The notes beneath the pieces were generated by a model that worked only from the letters and a program-made list of their open reading frames with translations, was not told where the DNA came from and made no database searches. This document shows, piece by piece, positions 62,130-64,000 of a DNA stretch of 64,000 bases; position 1 is the first letter of the stretch, and every line of letters begins with the position of its first letter. The position numbers were made by a program, and so were the translations under genes. Source of the DNA: the human T2T-CHM13v2.0 reference genome, Homo sapiens; the NCBI RefSeq assembly GCF_009914755.1, contig NC_060930.1; one strand, 5' to 3'.

Positions 62130-63935
62130 CAGAGTGGCAGAGTAAGGACTACTGGAAATCTGCTCCTCCATAGAGCAATGAGAACACTTGCAAATATGAT
62201 CACAGCTGACCTTTCCAGAACTCTGGAAGTGAAGCAAACAACAATCTGAGGGGCATTTATTCAAGGAAAAAAACAAACAAACATAAATCTCAGTAAGAAG
62301 AGTGACTTTGTGGAGTTTTAATTTGCCTTATTCTCACCCCACCTCCACAGTAGTCTTAAAAACCAGTAGCCTCAGTAGCTTTGCAAACTTGCAGCCTAGA
62401 AACCAATGAAGGAGAGAAAATGAGTTTTGAACACTCCGAAAGCTCTTTCTCTCCAAATTGCCACTGCTTAACTTGCCTGGCAGCTCTCTGAAAAGCTCCA
62501 TTCTCAGGGCTTGTTTTTATTTGATCTGATTCACAGCTCATTCTGAATCAGCCCTATTCATATAATGTATAAAAATAAAATAGAAGCAAATGTTTAACAT
62601 CATAATGCCTGAAGGGGCAATACCACTTGAGACTAAAAAAGGGCTATCCAAAACACTTTGAAAGAAAAAACAGGGAATAAGATGTCCATAGGAGGCTTTG
62701 AAAAACTCTGACATAGATAGCCACAAACATGTGCAGGGCTGTGAGCATGCCCAAAAGAAAAGCCCCAGGAAGGTCCTCATCTCTCATCTCTGGTTGATCT
62801 TGAGGCTCTGTCCACACAGGAAGTGAAGGCTAATGAAGAATTTTAAACTGCCTGCGGGTTAATTAAAGACTTTCCCCAACACACACACAACGCTACTTGG
62901 CTAAAGCTGGGGAGCTTTTGGCCCAAGGTATTTAAGGAAATCTCTGTCCAATTGTTATATGACCACTAAGCTAACTCAGCTCACTTCAGTGGCCATACAT
63001 GACAAGAAAAACAGACTTCATAGAATTAGTCCAAGAAGGTCACTAAATAAACGAGCAGCAGCAGCAAAAACAACAACAACAGCAAACATCAACAATAGGT
63101 GCTAGAGAACAGGAAATCTGATTTTAAGAATTGCCACATTATATTATTTTAAATGTTCAGTTTTCAACAAAAATTATAAGACACAGAAAGGATCAGAAAA
63201 GTATAGCCCATACACAGGAAGCAGCCAAGAGAAATTGGTATTAAGAAAGCTAAGACATTGGACTTACAAGACAAAGATCTTAAATTAGCCATTATAAATA
63301 TGTTCAAAGAACTGAAGGGAAACCATGAGAATTATATCTCATCAAATAGAGAATACGAATGAAAAGATAGAAATTATGAAAAGGAACCAAATAGAAATTC
63401 TGGAACTGAAAAGTACAATAACCAAAATGAAAAATTCACTAGTTTCAACAGTAGAGTTAAGCAGGCAGAAAGAAGAATCAATGAACTTGAAGGTAGGCCA
63501 ATTGAAATTATCCAATTTGAATAACAGAAGCAAAAAACTAAAACAAAATCAAAGCCCCAGAAACAGGTGAGATGTTACTTATGCAGTTGATGAAGTATAT
63601 TAACATTTTCCTAATGGGAGTCCCAGAAGAAGAGGAAAGAGAGCAAGTAGCAGAAAGAATATTTGAAGAAACGATAGCCAAAAATTTCCCAAATTCAATG
63701 AAAGATATTATTATGTACATTGAAAAAGTTCAAAAACTCCAAGTAGGATAAACTTAAGATATCTACACTTAGACACATCATATTCAAACTGTCAAAAGCT
63801 GAAGACAAATAGAGAATCTCTTTTTTACTTTTTTTCTTTTTCAAATCTCAGACCTGAGTGAAACAAAGAATCTTTAAGACAACATTAAAAAAATAATTTA
63901 CCATGTACAAGAGATAATCAATAAGATGATTTTAG
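62130..63935 (+). mobile_element. Ancient L1M 5' end with ORF1 remnant
   Basis: ORF 63325..63570 (RNQIEILELKSTITKMKNS) and downstream gggagtcccagaagaag...atttgaagaaa...ttcccaaatt resemble the L1 ORF1 coiled coil and RRM. Many stops. Confidence 0.75.
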
Positions 63936-64000
63936 TTTTCTCTCTTATTCGCTCTCTTATTTTTCTCTCTTCTCCATTTCTATTTATACTTCATACATAC

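Overview
Human (or very closely related great-ape) genomic DNA holding the 3' half of F13A1 (coagulation factor XIII A subunit, a transglutaminase) on the minus strand. It contains coding exons 9-15, all with GT-AG boundaries and consistent phases, the stop codon at 793-795, and part of the 3' UTR running off the left edge. The rest is intronic and repeat-rich. Intron 10 carries a full-length L1PA2/PA3-type LINE-1 in the same orientation as the gene, with an open ORF1, a disrupted ORF2, a truncated ORF0 and a perfect 88-bp internal duplication. There are also about 10 Alus (two closely spaced inverted pairs), older L1, L2, MIR and MLT pieces, and a cluster of hAT MITEs. One MITE forms the hairpin I recall being annotated as MIR5683 (+) and MIR7853 (-). 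Most ORFs in the supplied track are spurious. I see no clearly new biological system. The best leads are a possible intronic-miRNA feedback loop onto the F13A1 3' UTR, effects of the sense-oriented L1 on host transcripts, Alu/L1-driven dsRNA and circRNA, and an in-frame cryptic donor after exon 10. Repeat subfamily names and miRNA names come from memory of consensus sequences, not from a search.
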